48,840 bases of DNA, from NCBI GenBank assembly GCA_046758765.1, contig JBHIAW010000002.1, positions 1 through 48,840 on the forward strand, in the 5' to 3' direction. The position numbers and the translations under genes were made by a program. The DNA comes from a bacterium (lineage in GTDB: Bacteria > Zhuqueibacterota > Zhuqueibacteria > Oceanimicrobiales > Oceanimicrobiaceae). Positions 45,643 to 48,840 of this stretch are shown piece by piece; position 1 is the first letter of the stretch; each line of letters opens with the position of its first letter. The notes under the pieces are model-generated. The model ran no database searches and had not been told where the DNA came from. It saw nothing but the letters and a program-made list of their open reading frames with translations.

Positions 45643-46506
45643 TCAAATTCGTTCCATCAGTTCTAATATTCTTTCCAAGTCAGCATCTGAATAGTACTCG
45701 ACTTCGATCTTGCCACCTGCTCCTTTTCTTTTCTGCTGGATTCGAACTTGGGTCCCCAATATGCTCCTCAATTTGTCTTCCGATTCCTGAATGAGTGGAT
45801 CGACATCTCTCCGTTTTGCTTTCTTGGGCTTCGATGGGTGCGTGGGCTGCTTGACAAGTTTTTCAATCTGACGTACTGAGTATTTCTTTTTTACTGCTTT
45901 TTTCCACAGTGTAATTTGGTCGCTGCTATTTGGTAGAGCTAATAGAGCTCTGCCATGGCCCACAGTAATCTCCCCCTGAATTAAACTTTCTTGAATAATG
46001 CTTGGTAACTTTAATAAGCGTAAAGAATTAGTAATAGTTGACCTGTCCTTGCCGACTTTTTGGGCAACCTCATCTTGGGTAAGGTTACATTTTGAAATTA
46101 ATGTTTGGTATCCATTAGCTTCATCGATGGGGTTTAGGTCTTCTCTCTGAATATTTTCGACCAGCGAAAGTTCCAGCATCTCCTCATCGGTGTTGACCTC
46201 TAACACAAAAGCAGGGATGCGCGCCAGTCCCAATTCGCGAGCCGCTCTGAGTCTTCTTTCACCAGCAATCAATTCATAGCCAGAATTCACATCTCGAACG
46301 GTGATAGGTTGAATGACCCCGTTTTCAGCAATTGACTGCTTTAGTTCTTCTAAAGCAGCGGGATTGAAGGTTTCCCGAGGTTGAAAAGGATTCGACTTGA
46401 CCTCTGAGATTTCTACTTCCTTGAGGCGTTCCACTTGACGCTCATCATCAAGTGCAATGTCAGGAATTAGAGCACCCAATCCCTTACCTAGCCTCTTAAC
46501 GGCCAT
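45643..46506 (-). CDS. parB: chromosome partitioning protein ParB
   Basis: ParB box [18 protein letters not shown] region [26 protein letters not shown], and GHGRALL. Its start overlaps the parA stop by 11 nt. Confidence 0.95.
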   Translation of the reverse strand: MAVKRLGKGLGALIPDIALDDERQVERLKEVEISEVKSNPFQPRETFNPAALEELKQSIAENGVIQPITVRDVNSGYELIAGERRLRAARELGLARIPAFVLEVNTDEEMLELSLVENIQREDLNPIDEANGYQTLISKCNLTQDEVAQKVGKDRSTITNSLRLLKLPSIIQESLIQGEITVGHGRALLALPNSSDQITLWKKAVKKKYSVRQIEKLVKQPTHPSKPKKAKRRDVDPLIQESEDKLRSILGTQVRIQQKRKGAGGKIEVEYYSDADLERILELMERI

Positions 46507-47260
46507 TAATTAATATTTCCTCCGCCAAATTCATATAGTTCTCAGACCCCTTTGATATTGCATCGTAAAGTATAATAGGCTTGCCATAACTTGGGGCTTC
46601 GCTTAGTCGTACATTACGATCAATAATGGTCTTAAATACTTTATTTTCAAAATACCTCTTTACATCTTCGGCCACTTGTCGGGATAAGTTAAGACGGCTG
46701 TCATACATTGTCAAAAGAACACCTTCAATAACAAGTTTTGAATTTAAATGCTTCTGAACCAATCGAATCGTGTTGAGTAGCTGCCCCAGGCCTTCCAATG
46801 CATAATATTCACACTGAATTGGTATTAGAACTGAATCAGCCGCAGTTAAAGCATTTATGGTTAAAAGACCTAAAGATGGAGGACAATCAATAAAAATGTA
46901 ATCATAATCTTTCTTCAAATTCTTCATAGCATTGCTTAATACTCTTTCCCGGGAAATAGTATTGACTAACTCGATTTCCGCCCCTGCCAAACGAACTGTG
47001 GAAGGAAGAACGTCCAAGAAGTCTAAATATGTTGAGGTGATCGCTCGATGAATATGCAGGTCTTCAATAATAACTTCGTAGGTGCTTTTTTGAACCTTTT
47101 TAGGATCAATTCCTAAGCCGCTGGTAGAATTAGCCTGGGGATCAATATCAACAAGAAGAGTTGGATGCTCTGCCACCGCTAAACACGCAGACAGGTTAAC
47201 CGCAGTAGTTGTCTTACCAACCCCACCTTTCTGATTCGCAATAGTAATAATCTTTGTCAT
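46496..47260 (-). CDS. parA: chromosome partitioning ATPase ParA/Soj
   Basis: Deviant Walker [17 protein letters not shown] and [13 protein letters not shown] 47260 (MTKIITI...) is preferred to TTG 47272. Confidence 0.95.
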   Translation of the reverse strand: MTKIITIANQKGGVGKTTTAVNLSACLAVAEHPTLLVDIDPQANSTSGLGIDPKKVQKSTYEVIIEDLHIHRAITSTYLDFLDVLPSTVRLAGAEIELVNTISRERVLSNAMKNLKKDYDYIFIDCPPSLGLLTINALTAADSVLIPIQCEYYALEGLGQLLNTIRLVQKHLNSKLVIEGVLLTMYDSRLNLSRQVAEDVKRYFENKVFKTIIDRNVRLSEAPSYGKPIILYDAISKGSENYMNLAEEILINGR

Positions 47261-47294
47261 TAAATTACCCAATCATATTTTTCAACTGTTTAAT

Positions 47295-47323
47295 AATATA
47301 AGTTTTTAACTTACTAAAATCAA
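47295..47323 (-). promoter_or_regulatory. candidate promoter TTGATT-17 nt-TATATT for parAB
   Basis: On the minus strand: TTGATT (47323-47318), a 17-nt spacer, then TATATT (47300-47295). It is about 35 nt upstream of ATG 47260. Confidence 0.4.
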
Positions 47324-47443
47324 GATAAAAGTTGGGGCGATAATTTCTAAAATTGGCAATACTGTTATTAAATGAATAATAGGAATCCATAGCGTAGCAA
47401 GCTACAAGTAAAATAATCAGTAAGTGCGAATATTTAGAAATTA

Positions 47444-47568
47444 CGTGACTATTCAGGCTGTCATTCTAGAAGAATCTTTTTTGAATCAACGTCCGAACGG
47501 ACTTGTTTACTTAGTGCTTAAATTTACAAGGATTCCTATGGAATGACAGGGCGGGCTGAATAGTTACG
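47444..47568 (+). repeat. copy C of the ~125-bp hairpin (MITE-like) element
   Basis: CGTGACTATTCAGGCTGTCATTCTAGAAGAATCTTTTTTGAATCAACGTCCGAACGG...GGAATGACAGGGCGGGCTGAATAGTTACG. It is colinear with copy B. Confidence 0.85.
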
Positions 47569-47795
47569 AAATTAATTTAGCTGAAAAGCACGCAGAGCAA
47601 GCACGTAGAAGGCTAAGAAGTCAAATAATTGAACAAAAATGATCCTTCAAGAGAGATTGTAGGATAGGCCCTTGAAATCCTTGGTGGCCTTTGCGCCTTC
47701 TTGTGGCTCTTTGCGGTTAGAGGAATGTTTCTGATTGGATAATTCGATGATATTCAGTAGTTCTTCCGTGTTTAATTTTTTCGCCCCAATCTCGG

Positions 47796-48840
47796 TTAAA
47801 ACGGTGAGAACACACTGGTCGTACCTCCCCGTTGTTCAATTTTGATTTGTCGCAGATGGGGCGCTTTAATGTTTATTCTAAAATAAAAGCCTCGACCTAT
47901 TCCAGAGGGGCTCCAATTGAACTGAGCCTCCCAACAGTGCAGGTCTCTGTGAAATGAGATTCGTTGATCAGCAATCTTACCATTCTCGATATCGTACCGC
48001 AGACGATAACCAATTCGCCATTTCTTAGTTAATTGTACCTCTACGTTAGAAAGATCGATATAAGCGTTTCGTGTGGGTCTTGCAGGGTTAAACTTATTTA
48101 CACTATATGAAAACGAAATGGTAGCACGCCAAGGTATGTCAAAAGCTGAAAAAGCACTTTCCGGCTCAAACCGATCGCTGATGTCCCCTTCACTGGGTAA
48201 TTGGGTTTGGTCGATCTGTTCAATTTTTAGAGGTTCAGACTGTGGAACAGCAGGAGATGAAGATGGTCCTCCTACTGCCGGTTGCGTACTTTTTTGACGG
48301 CCACTCAAAGTCCATCTGGCATCAACTCGAAATTGCGTAAGCCTGAGAACATTGAAAAAGCCTCTAGTGTTTAACAGAAGCTTATTCACAGTTTTTCCAG
48401 CATCCGTATCAAATTCATAGAAACTGTGGTTCATGCTCATATTAATCCCGAGGTTTCTTCTGGGATTAGCCCGAAACGAAGTTGATAAATTTTGCATTTT
48501 CAGGCTGTCGGCTGCAAAATTGTATCCACCGCTGAAGTTCAAATTAAACAAGTCTATTTTCTTCTCTTTTTCTCCCTCACCCAATTTCATTTGGAATAGA
48601 TTGCTAACGCTAAACGATAGACTTTTTTGCTCTCCAGCAGGTGTGCCACCAAACCTATCCCGCTTAATGACTTTTCCCGAGGTATCTTGCAACGTTTGAA
48701 AATAGCCCCAAAATGAAGTTGAAAAATCTGGTTGAAATGAAAAAGAGAGCGTGGGTGTCATAACATGACGTAAGGCTTTAATAGGACCAATATTGGGAAA
48801 GAAAGTGCCGTACAATTTCGTGTTAGCAGAAACAGATAGA
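47796..48840 (-). CDS. C-terminal part of a large OM beta-barrel, LptD_2-type putative LPS-assembly protein (5' end outside the window)
   Basis: The ORF is open to the window edge. The C-terminal signature ISFHRDLHCWEAQFNWSPSGIGRGFYFRINIKAPHLRQIKIEQR resembles the conserved end of FCB-group LptD-like proteins. Confidence 0.65.
   Translation of the reverse strand, partial: LSVSANTKLYGTFFPNIGPIKALRHVMTPTLSFSFQPDFSTSFWGYFQTLQDTSGKVIKRDRFGGTPAGEQKSLSFSVSNLFQMKLGEGEKEKKIDLFNLNFSGGYNFAADSLKMQNLSTSFRANPRRNLGINMSMNHSFYEFDTDAGKTVNKLLLNTRGFFNVLRLTQFRVDARWTLSGRQKSTQPAVGGPSSSPAVPQSEPLKIEQIDQTQLPSEGDISDRFEPESAFSAFDIPWRATISFSYSVNKFNPARPTRNAYIDLSNVEVQLTKKWRIGYRLRYDIENGKIADQRISFHRDLHCWEAQFNWSPSGIGRGFYFRINIKAPHLRQIKIEQRGGTTSVFSPF

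Noticed and set aside
45525-47443. parS centromere site (TGTTNCACGTGAAACA) in or near parAB
   Set aside because: I checked every CACGTG and TGTTTCAC occurrence I could see (e.g. 11455, 25284, 37387, 42733, 47444). None forms the 16-bp palindrome, so parS is probably outside the window.
47569-47795. CCTTGGTGGCCTTTGCGCCTTCTTGTGGCTCTTTGCGGTT motif downstream of the lptD-like gene as a possible small gene or terminator
   Set aside because: It resembles low-complexity 'CTTTGCG'-type junk repeats common in intergenic DNA. It has no ORF, no clear stem plus T-run, and only a single copy in this window.

Overview
This is a 48.8-kb bacterial chromosomal window with no rRNA, tRNA or CRISPR array. It is low-GC by eye. 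Gene content (LptD_2-type OM protein, AgmX-type TonB-like protein, AtpZ/AtpI) suggests a Gram-negative of the FCB-group or a related candidate phylum; that taxonomic call is low confidence.

From about 12.9 kb rightwards the window is a minus-strand housekeeping backbone. From right to left it reads:
- lptD-like gene (partial)
- parA-parB
- M23 peptidase, bactofilin, atpZ, atpI, then atpB-E-F-H-A-G-D-C
- two giant TPR/coiled-coil proteins, a small protein, then exbB-exbD-exbD and an AgmX/TonB-like gene
- aspS
- an Lpp-like lipoprotein plus a LysM protein
- phoH-pgpH-ybeY-tlyC
- an unknown membrane protein
- a GalT/HIT-like gene
- glyQS

The left 12.9 kb is accessory and mosaic. It contains:
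- a SelW/Rdx-type selenoprotein gene with an in-frame TGA, which the ORF track missed
- a visibly GC-richer two-gene island (CRTAC1/ASPIC-UnbV FG-GAP protein plus TPR protein) bounded by repeat nests
- a four-gene flavoprotein / radical-SAM / ArsM / atypical metallophosphoesterase cluster. It looks like organoarsenical biosynthesis rather than resistance, and is my best candidate for an undescribed system.
- a small toxin-antitoxin island: hicB with a decayed hicA, a VapBC-like pair, and a small-protein plus minimal nucleotidyltransferase pair
- an OM beta-barrel protein with a coiled-coil tail

Intergenic DNA is colonised by hairpin (MITE/REP-like) repeats. One roughly 125-bp element occurs three times: twice in direct orientation bracketing parAB, and once inverted with a nested insertion. 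Related 'GTCATT...GAATGAC' palindromes sit between the radical-SAM gene and arsM, and between atpB and atpE.

All functional calls rest on motifs read from the translations. No database search was possible.
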